From assembly GCA_028867755.1 (NCBI GenBank), contig JAGWFT010000001.1, positions 964,727 to 1,028,726 of the forward strand: 64,000 nt of DNA. Direction: 5' to 3'. Source of the DNA: Nitrososphaerota archaeon. GTDB taxonomy: Archaea > Thermoproteota > Nitrososphaeria > Nitrososphaerales > Nitrosopumilaceae. Numbering within the stretch: the stretch's first letter is position 1; each line of letters begins with the position of its first letter. Made by a program: the position numbers and the translations under genes. The notes under the pieces were generated by a model. That model worked only from the letters and a program-made list of their open reading frames with translations. It did not search any database and was not told where the DNA came from. This document shows, in pieces, positions 37,355 to 47,410 of this stretch.

Positions 37355-39850
37355 TTACGTTACCCTTACCACGCCAATATACTGGGTCACAAAGAATGGC
37401 TCGCCCTTTTGGTCATATCCACTTAGAAACGCGTACATTCTATAGCGTCCAGGAGTAATGTCTCCGTTTGCGTTCTGTGAAGGAGTTAATGCTGGAGGGC
37501 TAAAACAAACAGATAGCGTAGAGCCAACAGTAAAAATCGAACTATCTGTTAGTTGTTCATGAGGGTTTCCGCCAAATCCACAGTTCACCGACCCATATGC
37601 CTGGCTCGCATCAATGGTTTCAAATGTCACTCTAGTATTGTCTGTAAGCCATGCAGCATTAGGCCCAGGGTTGTAAACGTAGACATTTCCGTCTTGGCCG
37701 TGCTGATAAGTATAGTATGCAGGAAATGGTGTATCTGGATGTGGAACTTGAAGCATTGAGTTTGACTGTCCTGTGATTGCCGAGTTGTCAATTTCTAGCT
37801 TCATTGGGAGCTGTCCATTATTGAGTTGACTGACAAAGGTCATCTGAAGCTGCAACCTCTGGTTTGCTGTGAGTGTAACCTGTGGTAATGCGATAGAGTA
37901 ATTGTATTGCCCCCATGTATTGCTTGGATTAGAATAGGCACCAAATGAATCTGCAAAATTCATTGCAAAGCTTGAGCTTGTTGCAAGGTTCCCATTAGAT
38001 ACCAGATTACCATTTTGATCTACTATGTTTATTACAAAATTGATCTTGTGTGCTGCTGTACCGTAGTTTGTTTTATACAAATCAGCTATCTGGTTTGTAG
38101 GTGATGTTGTCAAAGCAACACTGTTCCAGTGAATCAAGTCATCTAGATAACCTGTAAAATAATTTATGCCGCTTGAGCTGTCATCTCGACCTACAGACCA
38201 TTTACTAGAAGGGTGGGAGTTACAATTAGAACATGAAACCCCTCCATTGGTTGCCTTTTGAACTCCGTCTACATATAGTGTGCACGTATCTGTACTGCCA
38301 GCATATGATCTTACAGCAATGAAATGATGCCAATTGCCATCATTGTAGGCATTTGCAGTAGGAGTTTCACAACTTATGACAGGGCTTAGATTTGACTTGC
38401 CAGCATATCTGAATAATAATTTGCCTGCATTTGCGCCGTTATCCAGTCCTATCTCATAAAATGGCTGCGAATCACCATTAGAACCAATTCGAAATATTAC
38501 CTGTCTTGCAGACGAGCTGGTCTTAAACCACCCAGATGTGGAATCTGTAGAACCCATATCGTTAACGCCTCCTTTTATGCTGGCGTCCATGTATTGTGAG
38601 TTGGCACCGTTAAAAAAACACCCCCCAGAGCCATACTGTCCATTTGCAGAAGTACACGTTGGTTTAGCACTATTGCTACCCAAAGTAAGCGCGTGGCCTG
38701 CATCAACATTTCCTGTAGACTCGGCAGCAGTAGTTGCTAGCGGCCCATCCTCAAAATGATAAATCATCATGTTGTTGTTTGTGGGCAGTGTTGTTGCAAC
38801 TGGGCTGCTCAAGTATCGAAGCGTAGCATTCCATTTTCCTGCATTCATGTCAATTGTTATGGTGTCATTGTTGGTGTAGAAATTCTGCGTTCCAGCAGTA
38901 TCCATCTGGATTATTTTTCCTCTAGTGTCAGCTGCTACAGAATGCATTTCATATCCATTTAGGGCATCTGTAGTTTCCTGATGTAAAATTAATTGGCTGT
39001 CATCAACACTAACTGCAGAAAGTCCGCTTGTGGTAAGAGACGTTTGGCTCTGAGTAGCGCTTGGAACCTGGGAGATGTTGACAACCGAGAGAGCATAATT
39101 TCCTTGATGTGCGTTCTGAATAGTTGCGTTGAATTCCTCTGAAGATCCAATCTCACCTGACAAGGTGCATGTCCATTGGAAAAGTGCCGTTTCACCGTTT
39201 TGTATTGTTGTATAAGATGGCGGTGCGGCAGTTGGCGGACAACTGGGCGTTGCTCCACCTGAAATAAAATTCAACACAGGAGTAACATTTGTCATTATTG
39301 CATTATTTGACATGTTGTTTGTTACCGCTAAAATTACTGTTGTGCTAAATCCATCTGGGACAATATTTGGAGTTGTAAAAAGTTGTATGGATATGGGTGC
39401 AGAAGCTGCCGAGTTTATGGTAAACTGTTGTTCATTGCCTCTTGATGTTACCAGTTTGATATTGTATTGATTTGAAGGATTGACGTAAACAGGTATGTTT
39501 TGTCCTATGTTAGTTAGTGTACTGCTAGGCACTACAAGCGTGCTGCTTGGTGTATAGCTGTAAACCCAATCAGTCTTTGACATGTTTTGAACCCATATTT
39601 TTGTAAAGTTGATTGGAAGAGTGCCAGTGTTTGCAACAGTTATGTTAAGCTTAGAGCCTGAAACCTCGACGTTAGAAATCTGAAATTTCTCTTTATTGGT
39701 ATCTAATAACTGCTGATTTTTTCCCAACACTGATTGGTTGTATCCATTTAGAATATTCATGCTATAGGTAATGTAAGTTACTGTACTTGTGAGTGCAATT
39801 ATGGCAAACACGGCTCCTACCACAGTAGATAGCGCTCTTCGGGATTTCAT
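37355..39850 (-). CDS. Class III signal peptide (pilin-like) adhesin with LamG/concanavalin-A-like domain
   Basis: MKSRRA|LSTVVGAVFAII; YHFEDG, STSGWFKT, DGNWHHFIAV, LYVDG, VGRD..YFTGYLDDL LamG motifs. Confidence 0.85.
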   Translation of the reverse strand: MKSRRALSTVVGAVFAIIALTSTVTYITYSMNILNGYNQSVLGKNQQLLDTNKEKFQISNVEVSGSKLNITVANTGTLPINFTKIWVQNMSKTDWVYSYTPSSTLVVPSSTLTNIGQNIPVYVNPSNQYNIKLVTSRGNEQQFTINSAASAPISIQLFTTPNIVPDGFSTTVILAVTNNMSNNAIMTNVTPVLNFISGGATPSCPPTAAPPSYTTIQNGETALFQWTCTLSGEIGSSEEFNATIQNAHQGNYALSVVNISQVPSATQSQTSLTTSGLSAVSVDDSQLILHQETTDALNGYEMHSVAADTRGKIIQMDTAGTQNFYTNNDTITIDMNAGKWNATLRYLSSPVATTLPTNNNMMIYHFEDGPLATTAAESTGNVDAGHALTLGSNSAKPTCTSANGQYGSGGCFFNGANSQYMDASIKGGVNDMGSTDSTSGWFKTSSSARQVIFRIGSNGDSQPFYEIGLDNGANAGKLLFRYAGKSNLSPVISCETPTANAYNDGNWHHFIAVRSYAGSTDTCTLYVDGVQKATNGGVSCSNCNSHPSSKWSVGRDDSSSGINYFTGYLDDLIHWNSVALTTSPTNQIADLYKTNYGTAAHKINFVINIVDQNGNLVSNGNLATSSSFAMNFADSFGAYSNPSNTWGQYNYSIALPQVTLTANQRLQLQMTFVSQLNNGQLPMKLEIDNSAITGQSNSMLQVPHPDTPFPAYYTYQHGQDGNVYVYNPGPNAAWLTDNTRVTFETIDASQAYGSVNCGFGGNPHEQLTDSSIFTVGSTLSVCFSPPALTPSQNANGDITPGRYRMYAFLSGYDQKGEPFFVTQYIGVVRVT

Positions 39851-40332
39851 GGTGGGGCTGCCTGCGTTGTAAGTGTGGTTCCTCTTTGAGTTGTAATGGT
39901 AATAGTGTCTGCACTCTTGCTCTTCCAGACTGCATTGGCAGAAAGTTTTGCTGATATGGTATACGATGCTTGCTGATTTATTGTGGCAGGCAAGGCTGTA
40001 GACATGGATAGGTAGCTGCTTATGGCCGTACTATTGACCTGCATACTAGTTATCTTTGCAGCTACTGTGCCAGTGTTTGTTAGCGTCACATTTATGATGT
40101 TTTTTGAGTTTGCTGAACCACAATTAGTACAAAATGCTACGTTTTCTATATTCAAATTTTCATTTATCTTGTTGGTCATATTTGATGAAGTGTTTATCAA
40201 TGAAGTTTCAAATGTCTTGAGATTTCCATTTGACCATGCAACTATTGAGCTGCCCAACACGGCAACACTTGTTAACAATATTGCTGTAGTGATAACACTA
40301 CTAAGACCCCTGTGAGCTCTAACAAACTTCAT
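39847..40332 (-). CDS. Archaeal type IV pilin (class III signal peptide)
   Basis: RAHRG|LSSVITTAILLTSVAVLG; INITLTNTG-like C-domain, ITTQRG. Confidence 0.88.
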   Translation of the reverse strand: MKFVRAHRGLSSVITTAILLTSVAVLGSSIVAWSNGNLKTFETSLINTSSNMTNKINENLNIENVAFCTNCGSANSKNIINVTLTNTGTVAAKITSMQVNSTAISSYLSMSTALPATINQQASYTISAKLSANAVWKSKSADTITITTQRGTTLTTQAAPP

Positions 40333-40379
40333 ACATGTTTTCTTTGATTTATTCTGTCTTGGCGTGGTACTGTATGTGG

Positions 40380-40904
40380 CTAGATTGAATTTACACTCGC
40401 CTCACTTATGATCTCTTTTGGCAAAGGCTGGATTCCAGCCATTTGTTCTGCAATAATGTCATTTTCAATATCTGTTGTAACTGTCTCTTCTACAGGCTCT
40501 GGTATCTTGGAAGCTTCTTCTTGTTTTGTTTCTACTTGAGGTGCAGACGATATCTGTGATAGCTTGTAGGCAGGGCATGGAATTTGCACGCTCTTTGAGA
40601 CTACATAAATTAAAGGAAAGATTTCTTGATATATCGTATTTACAATTAATGGTATGTTTTTTTGATCAGGTTCAAGATGTTTTGATATCTCGATATCATC
40701 CCCGCAAAGAGAGGCAATACCTTCTACGGATAATTTTGTATTTGTAGGGTTTGAAAGCAAGGTAAATTTGTATTTTAATTTGATTCCAAACTCGTTGTTT
40801 TCTATCTCATCTACTGATACATCAATGTCATATTTGATGAAATCATCATGGAAATTTTTTAATTTGTTTACTGTAAACGCTGTTATCTCTATACTTGGAT
40901 GCAT
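40380..40904 (-). CDS. Arcadin-1-like / SecB-fold-like hypothetical protein
   Basis: Alternating beta-strand pattern KYKFTLLSNP..KLSVEGIASL.G then helix IYQEIFPLIYVVSK..IP.P; recognised from memory only. Confidence 0.5.
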   Translation of the reverse strand: MHPSIEITAFTVNKLKNFHDDFIKYDIDVSVDEIENNEFGIKLKYKFTLLSNPTNTKLSVEGIASLCGDDIEISKHLEPDQKNIPLIVNTIYQEIFPLIYVVSKSVQIPCPAYKLSQISSAPQVETKQEEASKIPEPVEETVTTDIENDIIAEQMAGIQPLPKEIISEASVNSI

Positions 40905-40999
40905 TTGATCCGTATATTGAATAGATCCAGACTTAAGCCCCTGTCTGTAGCGCCATAATACATATCATACAATTAACGACTCTTCATAATACCAATTTT

Positions 41000-42010
41000 G
41001 TGAGTAATTTAGAAGAGGTCAGTCATAGGGTAAAAGAGACAAACGCTTCAAAAGTTGTAAATGAAAATTTCAATCTCAATATCACAATATCAAAACTAAA
41101 ACGAAATACGCACGCTCTTTCAAAAAACTATGATGTCAAAAAGTATCTAGACTCAAACAAATTTACTTTCTCGCCTGAAATATCAGAGCTTATTCCAAAA
41201 GACACTCCACCGTATATAGACAACGGTGAGATGTATGTAGAAAGAATTGCAAGAGCAATGGCATTTTTCAAACAATGTGCCCTAATTGGTCCTAGCGGTA
41301 CTGGAAAGACACACATTGTATATTTTGTGGCAGAGCTTGCTGGGCTACCCTTGTGGGAGATAAATTGTGGTCTGCAAACCTCAGTTTTTGATCTTTTTGG
41401 TAGATATGTAGGCCTTGGAAAAGAGAACTGGATAGATGGCCTTATCACACTGTGGTGCAGGCATGGCGGAATTTTGTACCTTGATGAGGCCAATATGATG
41501 AAACAAGATATTGCAACCAGGCTTAACCCTATCTTAGATCAGCGTGGGCACATGGTACTGACTGAAAAAGACAATGAAATCATACAACGTCACAATGATG
41601 CTTTTCTTATAATCAGCATGAATCCAGTGTCATCAGAATTTGCAGGAACAAAACCAATTAATGCTGCAATGAGGAGGCGCATGAGTGTCTGGCTGAACTT
41701 TGATTACATGAGTGTAGGAAATAAAATTGATGAGAAAGAAATTGATTTGCTAGAGAAAAAAACTGGCATTGATAGAAAAAATGCAGAAAGAATAATACGA
41801 ATTGGTGCAGAACTACGAGAACGATACAAAAGAGGCGAACTTCCGTATGGACCGTCTATTGGGGACCTGATAAACTGGGCAAAACTGGTATCAGATGGCA
41901 CAGCTTTGAAGAGTGCAGGAGAAGAAACTATAATTGCACTTACAAGCGATGATCCTGAAATTCAAGAGATTGTAAGAAAGATAGTTCACAAAAATGCCGA
42001 TAGCCTATGA
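41000..42010 (+). CDS. CbbQ/NirQ/NorQ-type MoxR AAA+ ATPase
   Basis: GPSGTGKT, LYLDEAN, SMNP, AAMRRR, C-terminal PSIGDLINWA. Confidence 0.9.
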   Translation: MSNLEEVSHRVKETNASKVVNENFNLNITISKLKRNTHALSKNYDVKKYLDSNKFTFSPEISELIPKDTPPYIDNGEMYVERIARAMAFFKQCALIGPSGTGKTHIVYFVAELAGLPLWEINCGLQTSVFDLFGRYVGLGKENWIDGLITLWCRHGGILYLDEANMMKQDIATRLNPILDQRGHMVLTEKDNEIIQRHNDAFLIISMNPVSSEFAGTKPINAAMRRRMSVWLNFDYMSVGNKIDEKEIDLLEKKTGIDRKNAERIIRIGAELRERYKRGELPYGPSIGDLINWAKLVSDGTALKSAGEETIIALTSDDPEIQEIVRKIVHKNADSL

Positions 42011-43560
42011 GAAGCGAAGAGAATTTTTATGAGTATGTCTGCAGACTGTTTTATGACTTTTCTCACACAATGCCAGACGATGTTGGCCTAGTTCTTTCCA
42101 AAAAAACAGTTTATCCGCTTTTGGAGGTTGGCTCTAACCTTCATGTTGTTTTACCATTGCCAAGAATTATTGGGGATAAATACGCGTTTGAAGGAATGCT
42201 TTTTGAAAACACCATAGATGGAAAGAAAAGTCTTTGGATTCTTTTTTTGTTCACATTGTATCATCTAGCAGCACATGTAGCTATATCTGATTATCAAAAA
42301 TACAAGGAATGGCAAAAAGACAAGACTGAAGATGCAAGTTGGCTTGTAATTGACTTTATTGAGGATATTCGAGTGGCCCGATACATAGAACGTGCAGATG
42401 CAGAAATCTGGAAAAACATGTGTTTGGTTGAAAAACAGTTTGACGATTATCTTGAAAGAAGACGATCAAATAATGCTTGCAAGCAAACCCCATACGAAAT
42501 AGTAGAGGAAGAAAAGATTCGTAGCTATTTAAAGGCTAGAGCGGTAGATGGCAAGGCATCTAATGATCATGACACCATGGCAGATCTTCTATATCATAAT
42601 CGTAATTTACTCGATTTTTTCCCACGGCCTTATCATGAGCGTCATAAATCTACATGGTTGATAAAATTTGAAGATAAGGCCCCTGGGCTCTTATCATCTG
42701 AAATTTTTAATGTGCGGATAACAAAACTAGATGAATTGTGGCAAGAGCATGAATATTCAAAAAACAGGTTATACCAAAGATACAAAAAATATCTCAAGAA
42801 TCTCAAGTTTGATTCAATTGTGGTGCCAACAGGTGATTTACAAGAATACCACAAAATAAAATCAAGAATTTTGCCGCTCTTAAAAAAAATCCGTCAACAG
42901 TTACGGTTACTACCTAATTTGGTTGATTCTCCCAAAACTGATCAAATGGGCTATATTGATATGCAAATGGCAATTCAAGCAATATCATCACAAGGACAGA
43001 CAACTGAGATCTTTGAGCAAGATGAACAAAGAAGAACTGAGGAGGCATGGGTGATTTTAGTGGATAAAAGTGGCAGCATGAGATTGTTATTTGATAAAAT
43101 TCAAGAATTTGTTGTGTGCATGGCAGAATCTGCAAACGAGTTAACAGGGAAATATGATGAATGGGCTCTTTTTAGCTTTGACAATAGTTTTCAAATTCTA
43201 AAGGATTTCAAAGAAAAATACAATCAAGAAGTTCAAGCAAGGATAGGTTCTATAAAACATGGAGGTATGTCATTGTTGCCTGATGCGCTTGAATTATCAA
43301 GTATGATATTAGCAGATAATCCTAGAGAAAAAAAATATATTTTTGTCATAACAGATGGTAATCCTTCTGGATATGAGAAAATTCATGCTGCTTTCTCAAA
43401 GACTGTTAAAAAGATGGAAATTTCCGGAATAACCCTGATAGCAATAGGCGTGTCAAAAGGAACCACTCGTGCTTTTAGGAACAGTGCAAGAGGAAAAAAT
43501 CTTAATCAACTTGTGGCCAAATTCATTACTGCTTACAGAACTGCCTCTGCAGGTATGTAA
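42007..43560 (+). CDS. VWA-domain protein (CbbO/NorD-like partner)
   Basis: C-terminal ILVDKSGSM MIDAS, VITDGNP; overlaps the AAA gene by 4 bp. Confidence 0.88.
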   Translation: MRSEENFYEYVCRLFYDFSHTMPDDVGLVLSKKTVYPLLEVGSNLHVVLPLPRIIGDKYAFEGMLFENTIDGKKSLWILFLFTLYHLAAHVAISDYQKYKEWQKDKTEDASWLVIDFIEDIRVARYIERADAEIWKNMCLVEKQFDDYLERRRSNNACKQTPYEIVEEEKIRSYLKARAVDGKASNDHDTMADLLYHNRNLLDFFPRPYHERHKSTWLIKFEDKAPGLLSSEIFNVRITKLDELWQEHEYSKNRLYQRYKKYLKNLKFDSIVVPTGDLQEYHKIKSRILPLLKKIRQQLRLLPNLVDSPKTDQMGYIDMQMAIQAISSQGQTTEIFEQDEQRRTEEAWVILVDKSGSMRLLFDKIQEFVVCMAESANELTGKYDEWALFSFDNSFQILKDFKEKYNQEVQARIGSIKHGGMSLLPDALELSSMILADNPREKKYIFVITDGNPSGYEKIHAAFSKTVKKMEISGITLIAIGVSKGTTRAFRNSARGKNLNQLVAKFITAYRTASAGM

Positions 43561-43593
43561 CCGTAAAAGACACACTAGATCAGATAAACTGTC

Positions 43594-43611
43594 ATTACCA
43601 TTTCTGGTAAT
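43594..43611. promoter_or_regulatory. Inverted repeat immediately 5' of the pilin start
   Basis: ATTACCA-TTTC-TGGTAAT followed by AAGGT-ATG. Confidence 0.4.
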
Positions 43612-43616
43612 AAGGT

Positions 43617-44303
43617 ATGTTCATAAAAACAAAGAACAGAAAGGCAATCAGTGCCGTGCTTACTACGCTGATTATCTTGGTGGCATCAGTAGTTCTTGGA
43701 ACAGGTGTTGTATTATTTGGTACAAGCCTTTTCCAGACAAACGCCCAATCATCGGGTCTGGCCGCCCAAGGTACTCACGTGTGGGTAAATGCAACTACCG
43801 GAATGACTAAAACCTACGTGTGGGGTGCTGCAGAAATACGAAACAGTGGAGACAAGATATTGTCTGTAGACCAGATTAGTGTTCGTGGTACTCAAATACC
43901 ATTTGCAAACTGGTACTATGACAGTAATCCAAATGACGTCACTGCCGCAAACTTCCAGTCTCAGCTTAACTATACTGGAACTGCAACAACTGCAAATCAG
44001 GTCGGTGGTGTTGTAGCAGGTGAGATGCAATCTTATGGTGCTAAGCAAAACTGTCCTACCGCAAGTGCAACCTCATTCTACATCAATGAATTTGGTTCTG
44101 CGGCAAATCCAACAAATCCAACACTGTGCTTCACACAAGCAAGTGGCCCAATCTCACTGAAGCCAGGAGGCTCAGCAATTGTGTACTTCCAAGTTCCTAC
44201 CGGAGTCTTGAGTACAGTTGATGGAGGCTCTAGCAGCAGTGTTGCAATATATGCTGGTAGCGTAGGTGCACCACAATCGGTTACTGTACAAAGCCAATCC
44301 TAG
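43617..44303 (+). CDS. Archaeal type IV pilin (probable major pilin)
   Basis: KNRKA|ISAVLTTLIILVASVVLG class III signal; IRNSGD, ISLKPG; first gene before the ATPase. Confidence 0.88.
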   Translation: MFIKTKNRKAISAVLTTLIILVASVVLGTGVVLFGTSLFQTNAQSSGLAAQGTHVWVNATTGMTKTYVWGAAEIRNSGDKILSVDQISVRGTQIPFANWYYDSNPNDVTAANFQSQLNYTGTATTANQVGGVVAGEMQSYGAKQNCPTASATSFYINEFGSAANPTNPTLCFTQASGPISLKPGGSAIVYFQVPTGVLSTVDGGSSSSVAIYAGSVGAPQSVTVQSQS

Positions 44304-44355
44304 AGGGCCAAAAAATGCCCAAACTCTTTTCTTTTTTATTTTCGGAGGATAGCAA

Positions 44356-45900
44356 ATGAAAGAGAGATCAAACCAAACCAAAGAAATTGAAAGTTTTCTG
44401 ACAAGTCAAATTATTGATGGAAATCAAAGTCATATTCCTCCAGGATATGAGGTGGTTAAAAACTATCAATTGCAACCACCGTTTAGTTATGCCAATATTT
44501 TGTATAACCAAGAAAAATCTTCATATCTCTATTTTGTAGACGAGTCTAAACTAAATCAAGACGAAACGTTGATCTTTCAAAAATTGTATAGACTCATAGA
44601 AGAAAGCCTAGAGTCGCCAACAGAACTAAAAAGTAACCAAAATTTTGATGACCACTTGAGTATGATTCTAAAAGAAAATGAAAAAATGTTTTTGGGCCAA
44701 TCAAGTGCTAGCATGGAGAAGGTAAAGTACTATCTAAAGCGAGACATCAATGGCTTTGGTGTCATAGATCCTTTGATGCATGATATTGGCATAGAAGATA
44801 TTAGCTGTAGTGGAACTGAAAAACCTATTTTTATCTGGCATAGAAATTATGATAGCATTCCAACTAACATACGATACACATCTAATGATCTTCTAAACGC
44901 GTTTGTTTCAAGAATAGTTTTCAGGGCTGGAAAACACATAAGCTCGGCATTTCCAATCTCTGATCTTGCACTGCAAGGAAACCACAGAATCTCTGTTCTT
45001 TATCAAAAAGAGGTAACTCCAAAGGGAACAAGCTTTACAATAAGAAAATTCAAGGAAGACCCTTACACTGTTATTGATTTAATCAAGTTTGGTACAATGA
45101 GCCTCCCAGTTGCCGCCTATCTGTGGATGCTGGTGGAGTCAAAAATGTCATTTATAATAATAGGCGCCACAGGCAGCGGTAAGACAACCATACTTAATGC
45201 AATTACTGGTCTGGTTCATCCCGATTACAAAATTTTTTCAGTTGAAGATGTGGCTGAAATTAACATAAATCACGAAAACTGGTTTACTCTTGTTTCAAGA
45301 AGTGGTTTTGGCCTTGGAGGCGAAGGTGAAATTGGTTTGTATGACTTGATAAAAGCTGGTGTAAGACACAGGCCTGACTATATTGTAGTGGGTGAAATTA
45401 GAGGCTCTGAGGCTTATGTCATGTTTCAGGCCATGGCGACAGGTCACGGTGGTTTGTGCACTATGCATGCAGATAGTCTAGAATCTGCAATAAAGAGATT
45501 GCAACAAAAACCAATGGATATTCCTCCGTCATACATCTCATTGATGAACTGTGCTGTAGTGATTAAAAGAGTAAAAGAAAATTCAACAGGTCAGAGTAGC
45601 AGACGAGCTATAGTTGTATCAGAAATTATTTCTTCTGATTCATCACATGCTGCTTTTTCATGGAACCCAAAGACTGATTATTTTGATGATGACCTCAAGG
45701 AGAGTATCCTGTTTAAAAGAATGGTAGCGTCAACAGGGCGTGACATGAGGGAATTATTAAAAGAACACCAACAAAGAATCTCGATTCTAAAGTGGATGCT
45801 TGAAAATGACATTCGCAATTATAAAAAAGTAGCCGAAATAGTTGGGAAATACTATAGAGACCCAGAATCTTTGATGCAGAAAATGGAAGTAGGAGTTTAA
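44356..45900 (+). CDS. Type IV pilus assembly ATPase (FlaI/TadA/VirB11 family)
   Basis: IDPLMHD..IEDISC, FTIRKF, GATGSGKTT, RHRPDYIVVGEIRG, TGHGGLCTMHA. Confidence 0.95.
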   Translation: MKERSNQTKEIESFLTSQIIDGNQSHIPPGYEVVKNYQLQPPFSYANILYNQEKSSYLYFVDESKLNQDETLIFQKLYRLIEESLESPTELKSNQNFDDHLSMILKENEKMFLGQSSASMEKVKYYLKRDINGFGVIDPLMHDIGIEDISCSGTEKPIFIWHRNYDSIPTNIRYTSNDLLNAFVSRIVFRAGKHISSAFPISDLALQGNHRISVLYQKEVTPKGTSFTIRKFKEDPYTVIDLIKFGTMSLPVAAYLWMLVESKMSFIIIGATGSGKTTILNAITGLVHPDYKIFSVEDVAEININHENWFTLVSRSGFGLGGEGEIGLYDLIKAGVRHRPDYIVVGEIRGSEAYVMFQAMATGHGGLCTMHADSLESAIKRLQQKPMDIPPSYISLMNCAVVIKRVKENSTGQSSRRAIVVSEIISSDSSHAAFSWNPKTDYFDDDLKESILFKRMVASTGRDMRELLKEHQQRISILKWMLENDIRNYKKVAEIVGKYYRDPESLMQKMEVGV

Positions 45901-47367
45901 TTGATTTTGCTTTCTTTAAAAAAACTTGACCAGGGGGATTATGAAAAGAAACAAAACAAAAAGATAGAAAGAGAACTACCATATTTCATAACACTTGTAT
46001 CCTTGCTTGCATCAAGCGGGCTGGGGCCGTATACTATTTTACAAAAGATAAAAGAAATCAATCTTTTGCCAATAATTCATGGAGAAACCATAAAGATCCT
46101 CAAACGTATTGATATGCTTGGAATAGATCCTCTCACTGCACTAAATCAGACAAAAGACAAGCCGTCCTCTAGAGCTCTCGGAGAATTTCTTGGAGGTTAT
46201 GTGTCTGCTATTCAAAGTGGTGGAAATGTAATCAATTACCTAAAAAGCAAAATGTCAAGCTCATATGATAGACTTGAGAATACAGAAAAACAGTCAGTAG
46301 AGAAACTAAGCGGTACTGTGCATGGCTGGCTAACGATGCAGATTGTTGTCTTGTCCGTGTTTATTCTAGTTGCGGCCATTGGTTCAAATCCACTAAGTTC
46401 TAACGGCGCAAGTCACCCAGAACCACCATATGCACTTTTGATTTTTTCACCTATAATTTCAATCGCATTTATGAAAATGGTTCAAAAAATGAATTATTCA
46501 AACATTCCAGAAATCGCGATAAAAAAGATATTAAAATCTACTTTGCCTCCCTTTCTTGTAGGACTAGTACTGATTGCAAGCAACCTGCTTTCAGACTTGA
46601 ATGCTAATGCTTACATTTTGGGTGGTTCCTTGGTGATTGGTTCTTTATGGCTAGCAATTAAATTCAAAAAAATTTATGTTGCAAATCTACATGCAGAAGC
46701 TGCAACGCCACAAATTCTCCGAGATATCACAGAGGCAAGAAAATCTGGTATGGGACCTGAAAAATGTATCATACATGCTTGCAAGAGAAAAGATTTCAGA
46801 TCATTTAACATTGTTGCAAATACCATAGCAAACAAGCTTGAATGGGGTATTCCATTATCTAACATTTTTGAAACACTTCATAAAGAAGTCAAGAATTTCC
46901 AAGTATTAATTACTTTTAGAATATTGTTTGAAATCATCTCTTCTGGTGGGGGTAATGTCAATACACTTGATTCATTAGCTGATGCTAGTGAAAAGATCCA
47001 CGACATTTCAAAAACCAAGCGTGATATGCTTCAGCCATACGTGATAGTTGGTTTTATGGTAATTGTAATTACTGGATTTACCACTCTGTTAACAATAGAC
47101 TCTTTTGCAGACATTGATAAAGAAAAAAATCTAGTCCACAACGATAATGCACAAACATCTAGCATGCCAAATTCCTTACTTGATGTTGTTTCTATTGCTG
47201 TAATTGTACAAGCATGGTTAGCTGGACTTTTCATCGGAAAAATAACAAAGGGTGCCTATTCTGGAGGGTTCATGTATTCGATGCTACTTACTATAATTAG
47301 CATGGTTGCTATAGGAATGATCCAACTCCATGTGATAAACATAGGCTCTATTCTCCAACCATCCTAA
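45901..47367 (+). CDS. Type IV pilus membrane platform protein (TadC/FlaJ-like, two T2SSF domains)
   Basis: ELPYFITLVSLLASSG, GIDPLTAL, SAIQSGG; second domain GIPLS..., SSGGG. Confidence 0.9.
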   Translation: MILLSLKKLDQGDYEKKQNKKIERELPYFITLVSLLASSGLGPYTILQKIKEINLLPIIHGETIKILKRIDMLGIDPLTALNQTKDKPSSRALGEFLGGYVSAIQSGGNVINYLKSKMSSSYDRLENTEKQSVEKLSGTVHGWLTMQIVVLSVFILVAAIGSNPLSSNGASHPEPPYALLIFSPIISIAFMKMVQKMNYSNIPEIAIKKILKSTLPPFLVGLVLIASNLLSDLNANAYILGGSLVIGSLWLAIKFKKIYVANLHAEAATPQILRDITEARKSGMGPEKCIIHACKRKDFRSFNIVANTIANKLEWGIPLSNIFETLHKEVKNFQVLITFRILFEIISSGGGNVNTLDSLADASEKIHDISKTKRDMLQPYVIVGFMVIVITGFTTLLTIDSFADIDKEKNLVHNDNAQTSSMPNSLLDVVSIAVIVQAWLAGLFIGKITKGAYSGGFMYSMLLTIISMVAIGMIQLHVINIGSILQPS

Positions 47368-47410
47368 TGAGTATGTCACGAAAAAAGTCATACCGCCTCT
47401 TATATCATCT

